A DNA stretch of 64,000 bases. It comes from a virus. Taxonomy: Duplodnaviria; Caudoviricetes. The notes under the pieces were generated by a model that was not told where the DNA came from, ran no database searches, and saw only the letters and a list, made by a program, of their open reading frames with translations. The first letter of the stretch is position 1; each line of letters opens with the position of its first letter. Below are positions 18,105 to 27,680 of this stretch, in pieces. The stretch is from positions 102,603 to 166,602 of IMG/VR virus record IMGVR_UViG_3300048762_000252; one strand, given 5' to 3'. The position numbers and the translations under genes were made by a program.

Positions 18105-18233
18105 GGTTTAAGAATAGCAGAAACCACGAAGAAAGTCAATAGGTACATCTAACTTTTACGGCTTTTACCGGCTTGGAAATCGTTGCAGGATATGGAGTTG
18201 CCGGTTGGACCAACACCCAAGAGAGTTCTTGCT

Positions 18234-18419
18234 TTATTTCGTCCACATTTTTCCGTCCAGGTTTAACTTCACCATGTGCGACAATTTTTTCCATGAAAGC
18301 GATGCGAACGATGACGACCATCCGATTAAATTCAACATTTTTTCACGGGTAAACTTATCCGAAGCGGCCCATTTCTCTTGAGCCGAAACGGTCTTTTCTT
18401 CTTGCATAATAGCAATCAT
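18234..18419 (-). CDS. small hypothetical protein
   Basis: ORF with TTGACA..TAAAAT promoter upstream. Confidence 0.5.
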   Translation of the reverse strand: MIAIMQEEKTVSAQEKWAASDKFTREKMLNLIGWSSSFASLSWKKLSHMVKLNLDGKMWTK

Positions 18420-18431
18420 ATACCTATTTTA

Positions 18432-19466
18432 TCACAACTGAAGTATATGTGTCAACTTCAAACCATTTTTAACAACCGGTCGATTTTTCCAGCCATGTGT
18501 CGTTTGAACATGGTGTGCTCGAACATATTTTGCCACAGATTTTCTAAAGCTGCCGTAAGGAAATGACTCGGCAACTCGAACCACATAGCCTTCGTGGTGA
18601 TCCGTATCTGTTGGTGCCAGGGAACGGACTTTCTCTTCGTCCCAAATGCCACGCCAAATTACCGGCACAGTGGCTAAGTCAAGCACAGCGGCATATTCAA
18701 CAGTGTCGTCCCAAGATAGACAAATATTGTTTTCATCCCAAATCGAGAACACCAAAAAGTATGATAGCAAATCGCTGTATGGAATTGAATGGAGTGCATA
18801 CACATTTTCTCCACATATTCTCAAATCACCTATATCGTAACAAATTCGACCATGAAGATTTTTTACCCATCCTCTACTTTCGTGGTTGTCTGTGTCGAGA
18901 GAACGAGCATGAATATGATCGTTGTACATGGTAGTGTTTTCGCCGTCCATTTTTTCAGTGACCACAACTTCCCGACCTTCAAATACTGAGGTTGAAGGAA
19001 GTACTCTATCGTCAGATGTTAGGCCGGGAGAATTTGGTAAGTGGAATGTCCTTGGGTACTTCACATACTTTCGAAAAAGCAGCAAAACTCCACCAGCCTT
19101 CAAAACTTTTTGAACGGATTCGTCGTTGAACAATTCGCCTTTAGTTCTTGTGCCATCGGCGTGGATGATGTTGCTCCATTTATCATAGTTGTATTCGTCG
19201 TACAAGTGCTCTGGTAAATGGATTTTTGTGATACCAACTGCCGCTCGGAGTTCATCACACGAAAGAATAGTCATCTCTGCTTTCATATGGCACGTTGGAT
19301 CACAGAGCGTAACGCCATTGTCTAGGTAGTAGCCGCCATCGTCCCACAAGCGACGTTCCAGAATGTGATGAGAGTCGAGTTTGCCAGTATTACCACAAAT
19401 GACACACTTATGGTGATCCCGTTCCAATACTGCATTTCGAAATGTATCACGATCCAATAGTTGCAT
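18432..19466 (-). CDS. HNH domain fused to an RNA ligase family domain
   Basis: N-terminal CVIC..HHILER..NG.TLC..CH; C-terminal KYPRTFHLP, TEKMDGEN, EGYVVR, KYVR. Confidence 0.88.
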   Translation of the reverse strand: MQLLDRDTFRNAVLERDHHKCVICGNTGKLDSHHILERRLWDDGGYYLDNGVTLCDPTCHMKAEMTILSCDELRAAVGITKIHLPEHLYDEYNYDKWSNIIHADGTRTKGELFNDESVQKVLKAGGVLLLFRKYVKYPRTFHLPNSPGLTSDDRVLPSTSVFEGREVVVTEKMDGENTTMYNDHIHARSLDTDNHESRGWVKNLHGRICYDIGDLRICGENVYALHSIPYSDLLSYFLVFSIWDENNICLSWDDTVEYAAVLDLATVPVIWRGIWDEEKVRSLAPTDTDHHEGYVVRVAESFPYGSFRKSVAKYVRAHHVQTTHGWKNRPVVKNGLKLTHILQL

Positions 19467-20163
19467 AACCTATTCCTTGCGTAATATATCGACGCAACTT
19501 TTCTATTATATCAAGTGTTAGCTCACTTTTCAATGTGTTAGCTTTGTGCGATATAACAGCCACATTGCCTTTTTCATATCCCTTCGTATTGTCAATTCGA
19601 TCCAATGAAGGACTATAATTTGTCGATTGTTTGTCTGATGGACATAATTGAATGCCCAAAATAGGGCACCGTAATGGGATTACTATATCGGAGAGTTCAA
19701 TCGTAAACGGTAATCCATATCGTTTAGCCCTGGCTTTAGCTGAATAATACAAACATCTTTCGGGGTGTTGTCGGCGCAGAATTTTGTTTCTTGCTCTGGT
19801 GGAGTCACTTCTCGATTTGGCACGCACAACATCAATATGAGCAATCCTCCAAAGGTTATTACTGACTTTATGTTTTTCACGACACACTCCACAAACGGTC
19901 AAATCATCAACAACAAGATTGAGTCCACAGTCAACACACAAACCTTTTGACTTCAATTCTTCTCTACGGCGTTTAGATATTTCTGCGTAACTCAAACCAG
20001 AATTTTTATTCTTACATTTAAGCGAACAAAATTGTCGATTGTTCTTAACTTGCCAGGGTTCAGCATAAAATATTGCTCCACACCGCCGACACTTTAGAGT
20101 TATTGTTGTTCGTTGACCGTTTTTTGATCCTTTTATCCTTCCCATAATATCCAAGAACCTCAT
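19447..20163 (-). CDS. putative homing endonuclease (Zn-ribbon, SLDRID family)
   Basis: CPILG..SPSLDRIDNTKGY..GNV..IS..AN..K; own TATAAATA promoter. Confidence 0.75.
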   Translation of the reverse strand: MRFLDIMGRIKGSKNGQRTTITLKCRRCGAIFYAEPWQVKNNRQFCSLKCKNKNSGLSYAEISKRRREELKSKGLCVDCGLNLVVDDLTVCGVCREKHKVSNNLWRIAHIDVVRAKSRSDSTRARNKILRRQHPERCLYYSAKARAKRYGLPFTIELSDIVIPLRCPILGIQLCPSDKQSTNYSPSLDRIDNTKGYEKGNVAVISHKANTLKSELTLDIIEKLRRYITQGIGYATIGS

Positions 20164-20212
20164 CGTTTTTATTTATACAAACGATGATTTGTTAATGGAT
20201 ATTTCCTTCTTT

Positions 20213-21223
20213 TCAAACAAACAACCCGCTTATCGATTCGTCGTCATGAATCGCCTTAATTGCCGAAGCAAAAATCGGCGCTACGCTCAATGTACGAATC
20301 CTTGGAGACGATTTTTGTAGTGTAATTGGAATTGTATCCGTAAATAGAACTTCTTCTAACGGAGATTTCTCAATTTTTTCAACCGCAGTCATTCCGGCTT
20401 TGTCATCATACGAAAGCACACCATGAGTAGCAGCCGCACCCACCCATATTGCGCCACGATCTACAAGTGCCTGTGCGCCTTTACACAGCGTCCCGGCAGT
20501 GTCTACCATGTCATCAACCATAAGACACTTTCGTCCTCTTACATGGCCGATAACATTCATTACTTCACTTGTATTAGCAGCTTCTCGATACTTATCAATA
20601 ATCGCCAACGGCACGCCTAACTTCATTGCCATTAGTCTCGCACGAGTTACACCACCAGCATCCGGCGATACAATAGCCAAATTGTCGGTGCCATAATTTT
20701 TGCGAACATAATCTACAAAAATTGGCAAGGCATACAGGTTGTCTACTGGAATTTCAAAGAAGCCGCCAATGGAACCATTATGAAGATCCATCGTAAGCAA
20801 CCGATCCACGCCAACACCTTCAAGCATGGTTGCTACTACCTTGGCCGATATTGGCACACGGGGCCTGTCCTTACGGTCTTGACGAGCATACCCGTAATAC
20901 GGTATCACGGCTGTTGTTCTTGCAGCAGAAGCCCGCTTTAGAGCATCTGCAATCAACATAACCTGCATGAGATTGTCATTCGTAGGAGCGCATGTAGGCT
21001 GCACAATGAAGCAATCAGTGCCACGAACATTTTCACCAACTTCTACAAAGATCTCATCGTCCGCAAATTGCTTGATGGTGATTACTCCAGGTTTAATGGA
21101 AGTTGAAGCTGGCGCATCATACAATTTTCGATTTGGAAAAAACAGCGAAGTCAATTCTTTACAAATCGTTGTGGTGAATGCTGGATTTGCAGTCCCGCTG
21201 AATACTCGAAGATCTTGTGGCAT
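20213..21223 (-). CDS. prs: ribose-phosphate pyrophosphokinase
   Basis: PYYGYARQDRK, MDLH, VSPDAGG, DDMVDTAGT, ATHGV. Confidence 0.95.
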   Translation of the reverse strand: MPQDLRVFSGTANPAFTTTICKELTSLFFPNRKLYDAPASTSIKPGVITIKQFADDEIFVEVGENVRGTDCFIVQPTCAPTNDNLMQVMLIADALKRASAARTTAVIPYYGYARQDRKDRPRVPISAKVVATMLEGVGVDRLLTMDLHNGSIGGFFEIPVDNLYALPIFVDYVRKNYGTDNLAIVSPDAGGVTRARLMAMKLGVPLAIIDKYREAANTSEVMNVIGHVRGRKCLMVDDMVDTAGTLCKGAQALVDRGAIWVGAAATHGVLSYDDKAGMTAVEKIEKSPLEEVLFTDTIPITLQKSSPRIRTLSVAPIFASAIKAIHDDESISGLFV

Positions 21224-21231
21224 TAAATTTA

Positions 21232-21450
21232 TTATTCCTCTTCGTCTTGCGCCAACATTGCGTTGTATAAGCGTCCACACTTCGGACATTTGTCCATTGG
21301 AACCCACAATAACGCTAATGATTCCTGTTTACAAAACTGGCAGCGATAGTTGTCTCCACATTTAATCTGATATAAGTGGTTCTGTCGGGAGATGCGCTCT
21401 GCCAGTTGCTCGCCCGTCTCCCGTTGAACCTGTATCTGATCGCTTTTCAT
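21232..21450 (-). CDS. small Zn-finger protein
   Basis: CQFC and CPKC pairs. Confidence 0.6.
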   Translation of the reverse strand: MKSDQIQVQRETGEQLAERISRQNHLYQIKCGDNYRCQFCKQESLALLWVPMDKCPKCGRLYNAMLAQDEEE

Positions 21451-21620
21451 TACGCTTCGTGTTCCACGTAATGCAGATCTTCATGCGGATCTACTTCAAC
21501 GCTGGCTGGATACTGCACTTGACAAGACACGCACTTGAGGATGGTTGTTCCATCATCTTTGTGAATAACTTCCCAGTGAGCACAATCACCGCACTTACAA
21601 ATCAAAAGTTTCGCTTTCAT
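21450..21620 (-). CDS. 56-aa Cys-rich protein (not in ORF track)
   Basis: AAGGAG RBS; MKAKLLICKCGDC...CVSC. Confidence 0.6.
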   Translation of the reverse strand: MKAKLLICKCGDCAHWEVIHKDDGTTILKCVSCQVQYPASVEVDPHEDLHYVEHEA

Positions 21621-21657
21621 TTAAGTTTTCTCCTTTCTTTAAAATTTGGATGTTATT

Positions 21658-23238
21658 TTATTCAGCATCAAGTAACCTTTTTGCATCTACGATATCTTCT
21701 TCCGTAGGCAAGGCAGGTTCTTGATCCATCCATTCGTTCGCACGAGCACGAACCGTCTCAAAAGATTCATGAATCAACATATCGCCATTACGGAAAATCG
21801 GGCGAAGTAAGTTGCCTTTTGGTAAAGGCTCACCCTGCTTCAAAGTTTTGGTGACAAAACGATGTTCGCCGGTTTCTTTATCATATTCCTTGACCACCGC
21901 AAACCGACCAGCCTTACTGCCCTTACCAGGGTCCGTGATTGGGTCCTTCATAACTTCACGCCAATTGCCACTGGCATCAGTCAACGAAGATAACTTAACG
22001 GCCATTTTCTGTGTGTCCCTAGTGGACGCCTGAAGCAATGCACCGCCCATACCAAAAGCAGCGATGTTATCGAGAGACCACTTTGCGCCTTCGGTGGCTG
22101 CGACCATGTTGTAGATCGCATCATAATCGTTTTTGTCACCCTGCAATGTGCGGACATGATTGAGAACACGATAACCCTTGGCATTGACGGTCCAACCGAA
22201 TTTCTCGCCCAAAATCCACAAAAGTTTCATCATCGTGGGAATCGATTCGCCACTATCCGGGCGCACCACAACGATACCTTCACGTTCCACAACTTCTGTG
22301 TGCAACTCCGTGCCAAGGATCTTCTCTGCGAAGTCAAAAATGTTGTAACTATCGCCTACCATAGCGATAATTCCAGTAGGGCATTTATTCAAGATATCAC
22401 GCACCACTTCGACTTCAAGCTCACGCCCTCGCTGAGTCATGACACTGTGCTCTGTCGCACGCACAGAGTTACCCGGCATATAAGTGGGATCGCCATCTTT
22501 GTCCATCACGCCATCGCCGTAAAATTCATTTACATAGTCGATGGCTGGAACAGTATCAGTTCCCCTAAAATTGACTAAGTGAGCAGCGCCAGCAATTTCT
22601 GCGCTTTCTTCGGAACTTACACCACGGTAGCCGAAGTCATGCAACTTCCAGATGATGTCAGCTTCGGTGCCGCTTCGTTTCAATCCTTCATGTAGAACGA
22701 TTTTGCAGTGCTGTGAGAGTGTGCAAACCGTAATTGGATTCCAAGTTTTGAACATCAATGGCTCAATGTAACCTGGAAGCCAAGCGCAATTGGGATCGGT
22801 GTTGAAGTACGTCATCAACGGTGTCTGAACCGGCACACCTGTCTGGTTGCGATTTTTGGACTTTTTACTGAGACCTTCCGGCAGCGCCCAAACTTCCAAC
22901 GGCAGACGACCACCCAACTTTTCGGCAATGTACATCCAGCCGTCGTAGTTGAATACACCATCCATACCATAATATTGAGTATAGAACTTACGTGCTTTTT
23001 TCACCTGTTCTGGTGTGATAACCCGACCACAAAGATACTTCATGGCAAAGCCTTGAAAGCCAAATGGAATCATGGTCTGAAATTGCCCGCCTCGGCTGGT
23101 AAGGTAATCATAAGTCTGACTGATTCCAGGTTCGTAGAAAAGCCAGTGAGACGGCTTATATCCGTCTGTCTTTTTGGCAAAGATTCGTTCGCTTGGTCCA
23201 CGTAAGATATGTGGAATTTCGGTCGCTGTTGCACTCAT
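21658..23238 (-). CDS. nadV: nicotinamide phosphoribosyltransferase
   Basis: TDGYKPSH, LHDFGYRG, AHLVNF.GTD, ATEHS, DSY, VRPDSG, QGD, FGMGG. Confidence 0.95.
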   Translation of the reverse strand: MSATATEIPHILRGPSERIFAKKTDGYKPSHWLFYEPGISQTYDYLTSRGGQFQTMIPFGFQGFAMKYLCGRVITPEQVKKARKFYTQYYGMDGVFNYDGWMYIAEKLGGRLPLEVWALPEGLSKKSKNRNQTGVPVQTPLMTYFNTDPNCAWLPGYIEPLMFKTWNPITVCTLSQHCKIVLHEGLKRSGTEADIIWKLHDFGYRGVSSEESAEIAGAAHLVNFRGTDTVPAIDYVNEFYGDGVMDKDGDPTYMPGNSVRATEHSVMTQRGRELEVEVVRDILNKCPTGIIAMVGDSYNIFDFAEKILGTELHTEVVEREGIVVVRPDSGESIPTMMKLLWILGEKFGWTVNAKGYRVLNHVRTLQGDKNDYDAIYNMVAATEGAKWSLDNIAAFGMGGALLQASTRDTQKMAVKLSSLTDASGNWREVMKDPITDPGKGSKAGRFAVVKEYDKETGEHRFVTKTLKQGEPLPKGNLLRPIFRNGDMLIHESFETVRARANEWMDQEPALPTEEDIVDAKRLLDAE

Positions 23239-24431
23239 TTTGCTCTATTCTCCTGTATCTCATTACGAATGTTTGATGACGAAACATCACGAAAATTCAA
23301 TGGTTCCGTGACTTCTTTACAAAGCGCAGCAAACCGTTCCGGCAATCCGTCCACACCAGCATGATACACTCCGTTCACTTTTCGACCAAAAACCAAGAAA
23401 CGGGTTCCACAATCCATAAAGGTTTTATAAACCTCATCTACATTTCCGTACTTAGGATTTACAATGCGAATTATTGTATCATACCCAACAAGAAATGTTG
23501 TGTTAGGAAAAATTCTAGCTTTCTCCGCAAAGGTGGGCGCATTTGTCAACCACACCCGCCGATCACCCACAGTCTTCAATCGCTCTTCAAGAGAAATAAA
23601 ATCCAAGATCGGCTTGTCAGCATTACGGATGCTTAATTCGTAATCACAGCTACCAATACCATGCCGCTCCACATAAGCAGCCATTTCTTCATGACCGGCG
23701 TGCGCCGGATTGAAGCTGCCAGGGAGCAAGTATCGTGGCATATCACTCCGACCAAACGGTAGAAAAATGCCCATGTTTGGAGTGTAGGCCAACGCTTTGA
23801 CTTTGCTGTCCAACAATTCCGGGAAGTAGCCGCTGTAAATTGAAGACTCCCGGCGTACAACATCAACAGCAGGAAGCGCCAAACGGCCTTCGATACCACA
23901 ACCTTCCGCCACCAGATTCAACAGCAAATCCGCATTGATGCCTTCTTCCCATTCACGGGTCTGAATGGCATTCCAAGGTGTGAACTTTTTCGGATCAATC
24001 GTGACGGAAAGCGAAACTGTTTTGCTGCCAGTTTGGAGCGCTGCGTGGATGTAGTGAATACGTCCTTCCCGCTCATTAGGGGTCTTCTGGAGGGCCGAAG
24101 AGCAAGCCACACCAATGACCGGGGCATTGTCCGTTGATAGCGCCAACGCCTTCTGGTACGCAGCCATAGCCAATTGGCGAGTAGTCGCCTCACTGACGAA
24201 CTTTTCCGGCTCCCCACCCAAAAGTTCCACCGTTTCGGTATTAGCATAAGGAACACGGGCGGAAAGAAGCGTGGCCGATCCACCACCACGCCTCAAAAGC
24301 ATCGGAAGAACATCTGTGCCGCCACCAGTGATTATCAGCACAACTTTCGTGCTAGTTTTGTGAATCAGCGGTACTAATTCTTCTGGCGTCATCATTCTCA
24401 TATTTTCATACTTCAAATTCCAGTATGGCAC
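23235..24431 (-). CDS. CinA/PncC-like domain fused to an HxGH nucleotidyltransferase (NMNAT-like)
   Basis: TGGG..GGSATLL..VPY; PGSFNPAHAGH, NADKP, F.VGYDT, VSSSNIR; start probably near 24395. Confidence 0.75.
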   Translation of the reverse strand: MPYWNLKYENMRMMTPEELVPLIHKTSTKVVLIITGGGTDVLPMLLRRGGGSATLLSARVPYANTETVELLGGEPEKFVSEATTRQLAMAAYQKALALSTDNAPVIGVACSSALQKTPNEREGRIHYIHAALQTGSKTVSLSVTIDPKKFTPWNAIQTREWEEGINADLLLNLVAEGCGIEGRLALPAVDVVRRESSIYSGYFPELLDSKVKALAYTPNMGIFLPFGRSDMPRYLLPGSFNPAHAGHEEMAAYVERHGIGSCDYELSIRNADKPILDFISLEERLKTVGDRRVWLTNAPTFAEKARIFPNTTFLVGYDTIIRIVNPKYGNVDEVYKTFMDCGTRFLVFGRKVNGVYHAGVDGLPERFAALCKEVTEPLNFRDVSSSNIRNEIQENRAK

Positions 24432-24483
24432 AAATTCAGATTGTTGTCAATTTAGATGCGACATTGTGGGGCCGAGAGTACCA

Positions 24484-24819
24484 TCATTTAACTTGTCGCA
24501 CGCTATCAAGCATCTTTCCGCATTCGGGACATTTGCCTTCGTCCGCAAGAGCCTGCACTTCCCGAATTTCTTCGGCTTCTTCAAGCTCTTCCTCGTCTTC
24601 GTCGCCAAAAGCGTTACCCATGAAGTCGATAAAGATTGCGCCTACACGCCTGCCCCAAGTGCCTTCATCTGATACATGAGCATAAACATTGTAGCAACCA
24701 TCTCCAAAACCCGTAGAGACACAGACGCCCAAACCCAAGGCTGGCAGGAAGACCTTCTGGTGTTTCACCGGGGTCGGCTTTATCTTTAATTCGTCTCGAT
24801 TCAATGTTGGTTTACTCAT
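24484..24819 (-). CDS. DUF4241-like hypothetical protein
   Basis: STGFGDGCYNVY motif; leaderless TGTTATACT promoter. Confidence 0.55.
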   Translation of the reverse strand: MSKPTLNRDELKIKPTPVKHQKVFLPALGLGVCVSTGFGDGCYNVYAHVSDEGTWGRRVGAIFIDFMGNAFGDEDEEELEEAEEIREVQALADEGKCPECGKMLDSVRQVK

Positions 24820-24916
24820 ACTTTCAGTATAACACAAATTGAAAGGTATAAATAAAACAGGCGACAGAAACGCTTTCCACGCTTTTGTCGCCCTAATCAC
24901 AACGGAGTGACCCGTC

Positions 24917-25636
24917 ATGCCTGAGCCTATTTATCAATCGACCAAAACTTTTGATGGAATTCCTTGTTCAAACTGTGGAGGAACATTACGATATATCAGT
25001 AATAAAAATTGTTATAAATGCGCTAAAGCACGACGAAAGAAATATCTTCAATCACCAAAAGGAAAAGCAACACGAAAAAATTATTATCTCTCTCCTACAT
25101 ACAAAGCATCCAGAAAATTATACCATCAAACAAATGGAAAAGAAATAAGACAAGAGACTGTACACCGATATAAAAATTCTTCAAAAGGAAAATTTACTTA
25201 TGATCGGTGGCTTCGGTCTCAAGCAAGAAAAGAATATCTAAAATCATCAAAAGGAAAATCTGTTAAGGCAGTCGCAGCCCAAAAGCGACGAGCACTTATT
25301 AAAAATATTGAAGGCTTCTATACGACTCAAGAATGGCTTGATCTTAAAGAACAATATGGCAACCGATGTTTATGTTGCGGACGACTTGGATCTGAATTAG
25401 ACAAGCCATTAGAACAAGATCATATTATTCCGGTCTCAAAGGGTGGTTCCAATTGGATTACCAATATTCAACCTTTATGTCATACTTGTAATGACATGGG
25501 GCACAAAGGAACAAAAATTATAGATTACCGGCGAATCTTGTTCAAGAAAAACAACAGCAGCGGCAATGCCATAAGCATCGTAGATGGCTCTGGTGTTTCA
25601 TTAAGTGTTACGCTGGTCAATGTGGCATCGCCTTGA
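24917..25636 (+). CDS. HNH endonuclease
   Basis: CLCC..DHIIPVSKGGSNWITNIQPLC..CN. Confidence 0.9.
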   Translation: MPEPIYQSTKTFDGIPCSNCGGTLRYISNKNCYKCAKARRKKYLQSPKGKATRKNYYLSPTYKASRKLYHQTNGKEIRQETVHRYKNSSKGKFTYDRWLRSQARKEYLKSSKGKSVKAVAAQKRRALIKNIEGFYTTQEWLDLKEQYGNRCLCCGRLGSELDKPLEQDHIIPVSKGGSNWITNIQPLCHTCNDMGHKGTKIIDYRRILFKKNNSSGNAISIVDGSGVSLSVTLVNVASP

Positions 25637-26232
25637 AATTGATACCCAAAAGGAATTCCCGCTGATGATTGCCTTCCGTCGCTGTCAGTGTAGATAGGCC
25701 AAGTCATCATACTTTCAATATATGAAAATTGCTGTCCTACATCTGCAAGAAGCAAATTTTGAAGATCGGCAGAACCAAACTCTTTTGGTAGTGGCGTTGC
25801 CGTTGTCGCTGAATCATAGCCTAAGTATTCATATGCAGCATCAAATGTAGCAGATTCATAATATCCCCCATTTCCAAACTCAACTGATGTGTATGTGTAC
25901 GCACTAATCAGAACATCCGTAATGCCGCTGTCCGGTGTGAACATAGATTTGTCGTACCCCATACTAAACAATTGAGACAACGGACTGTAGATTTGTGTTC
26001 CGTCTCCAAAAATAAAAGAAGTGTCTGTAGGGCCTAAAAGACTTGCGTATGTAAAAGTGTCATCCAAGACAGTCTGAACATTCATGTCGAATGGTTGGAA
26101 AGTTGTTACAATATTTGAATTGGAATCTGTTAGTTGGTTCATATGGACGGAAAAATCAAGCGTGATTGATCCGCCACACAACGACGCAGTAAACAAAAAC
26201 AATGCTGTAAGTAATACCGTTAGTTTTTTCAT
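25525..26232 (-). CDS. secreted PEP-CTERM sorting-signal protein
   Basis: Signal peptide MKKLTVLLTALFLFTASLCG; C-terminal TPEPST, hydrophobic helix, KIRR. Confidence 0.85.
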   Translation of the reverse strand: MKKLTVLLTALFLFTASLCGGSITLDFSVHMNQLTDSNSNIVTTFQPFDMNVQTVLDDTFTYASLLGPTDTSFIFGDGTQIYSPLSQLFSMGYDKSMFTPDSGITDVLISAYTYTSVEFGNGGYYESATFDAAYEYLGYDSATTATPLPKEFGSADLQNLLLADVGQQFSYIESMMTWPIYTDSDGRQSSAGIPFGYQFQGDATLTSVTLNETPEPSTMLMALPLLLFFLNKIRR

Positions 26233-26239
26233 TTTGTAC

Positions 26240-27259
26240 TCATTTCGGCGGAATACCACAGTCACATGTTAAGAGTGTGTTGCAGACATTGCAATGCTGC
26301 GGTCCTATGCGTTGCTTTTCATATTCGCACAGATCTTGATAAAGGTAGATGTGCTCTCCCTCAATTTCTTCCTGGTTTATATCTTCTAGGCAGAACCACT
26401 TAGTATCGCAAAGATCGTCACCGGCCTTGATCTGATCTTCGGTTCCCATAAAGGTCGTCACATAAAATAGCGTGGTGATGCCATCTACTTCGTCTTTGTA
26501 ACGCCAGTCGTTGACATTGCGACTGGAAACATAACATGGTTTTTCAAAAACTTTTTGCGGTTCGATGCCTTTTTTCAATACTTCTTCCATCGCTTCACGC
26601 CAGACGGCAGATTCAAAATTAGAATCTTTTCGATCTTTGAAACCGCCAGGAAATCGCCAGCCATGCTCACCCGGCTTTTTACCAAAAAGATATAAAACTT
26701 TACCGCCAACAACCCGACGAATTGCAATATCCACTGTGGGCCAAGAAATCGGGAACTGGCTCTGCAATCCAAAAATTACACCACGGCGAAATTTGTCATC
26801 AGATACAAGAGCATAATCAAGTTCGGCCTTCCGTGATAAACATTCCAAATCACCGATGGACAATGGATGGGAATTGCCCTTCTTTGTTTTCCACATACCA
26901 CCATTTTTCAGATACAATTCCATAAAGTCAGTATCGGCATACAGACATACAGTTGGAGAATTGGAGAACAGCGACTTAACGGCATCCTCCAGGGCAACAA
27001 CTTTGTTCTTGGGATACTTCCGGTCTACTACAGGTACAACATGAATGTATCTTTTGAAACTGGCAAAATACTGCCGAATCATTGCTTCACGTGTAGCATA
27101 GTCCAGCGGAGCGTTTTTCGTTGGCGTCACTCGGCGCACCGGCAGTGCAATCACAATCTGCACGTGCGCTTGCTGCATTTCGGTGAGAATATTACGATGA
27201 ACTTCGAGCAATGACGATGTTTGAAACGGTGCGTAAAGAACTCCAACTGATTCTTGCAT
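26240..27259 (-). CDS. NadM-like/Nudix bifunctional protein (ADP-ribose pyrophosphatase)
   Basis: GVL.APFQ, NAPLDYATRE, FRRGVI, PTVDIAI, FPGGF..REAMEE, DWRY, AGDD. Confidence 0.85.
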   Translation of the reverse strand: MQESVGVLYAPFQTSSLLEVHRNILTEMQQAHVQIVIALPVRRVTPTKNAPLDYATREAMIRQYFASFKRYIHVVPVVDRKYPKNKVVALEDAVKSLFSNSPTVCLYADTDFMELYLKNGGMWKTKKGNSHPLSIGDLECLSRKAELDYALVSDDKFRRGVIFGLQSQFPISWPTVDIAIRRVVGGKVLYLFGKKPGEHGWRFPGGFKDRKDSNFESAVWREAMEEVLKKGIEPQKVFEKPCYVSSRNVNDWRYKDEVDGITTLFYVTTFMGTEDQIKAGDDLCDTKWFCLEDINQEEIEGEHIYLYQDLCEYEKQRIGPQHCNVCNTLLTCDCGIPPK

Positions 27260-27353
27260 ATATTTTAGTATACCACATTTAGCGGAGCGAATCGTAATCA
27301 TCGATGGGGCCGGTTGGATAAATCGTCCAAGTGATTCTATCGCCACCACCGGT

Positions 27354-27680
27354 TCACGCCATCATAAAAATCGTTTCGGGTTTGTCCATGCAGATGTCGC
27401 AGCACGGCACTTCTTGAAATGGCTCCACGATAACGGAGATCCATCCAAAGCCACGTGCAGCCAGTTCTTTGCCATCAAAATATCGTGTCATGGCGTTGTT
27501 GTTCTCATGCAGATCGCAATGGCAGAAGTGACATTGAACCATCTCGGCGGAATGATGCATTTCGTCCAGCATATCAAAACCTTCTTCCAAAGATTCATCC
27601 ATTTCTTCTACCGAGAAGGCGTGCCGAGACATCGAAGTTCCGGCGTAAAGTTCGTCCAAAAGCTCGTCGTTCCTGTTCAT
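27354..27680 (-). CDS. hypothetical Zn-binding protein
   Basis: CHFC and CDIC; coupled to upstream gene. Confidence 0.6.
   Translation of the reverse strand: MNRNDELLDELYAGTSMSRHAFSVEEMDESLEEGFDMLDEMHHSAEMVQCHFCHCDLHENNNAMTRYFDGKELAARGFGWISVIVEPFQEVPCCDICMDKPETIFMMA

Noticed and set aside
20213-23238. NARP1 (Adps + Namat) assignment
   Set aside because: The Prs looks like a canonical class I enzyme, and NMNAT-like and Nudix genes are present; only disfavoured, and needs phylogeny
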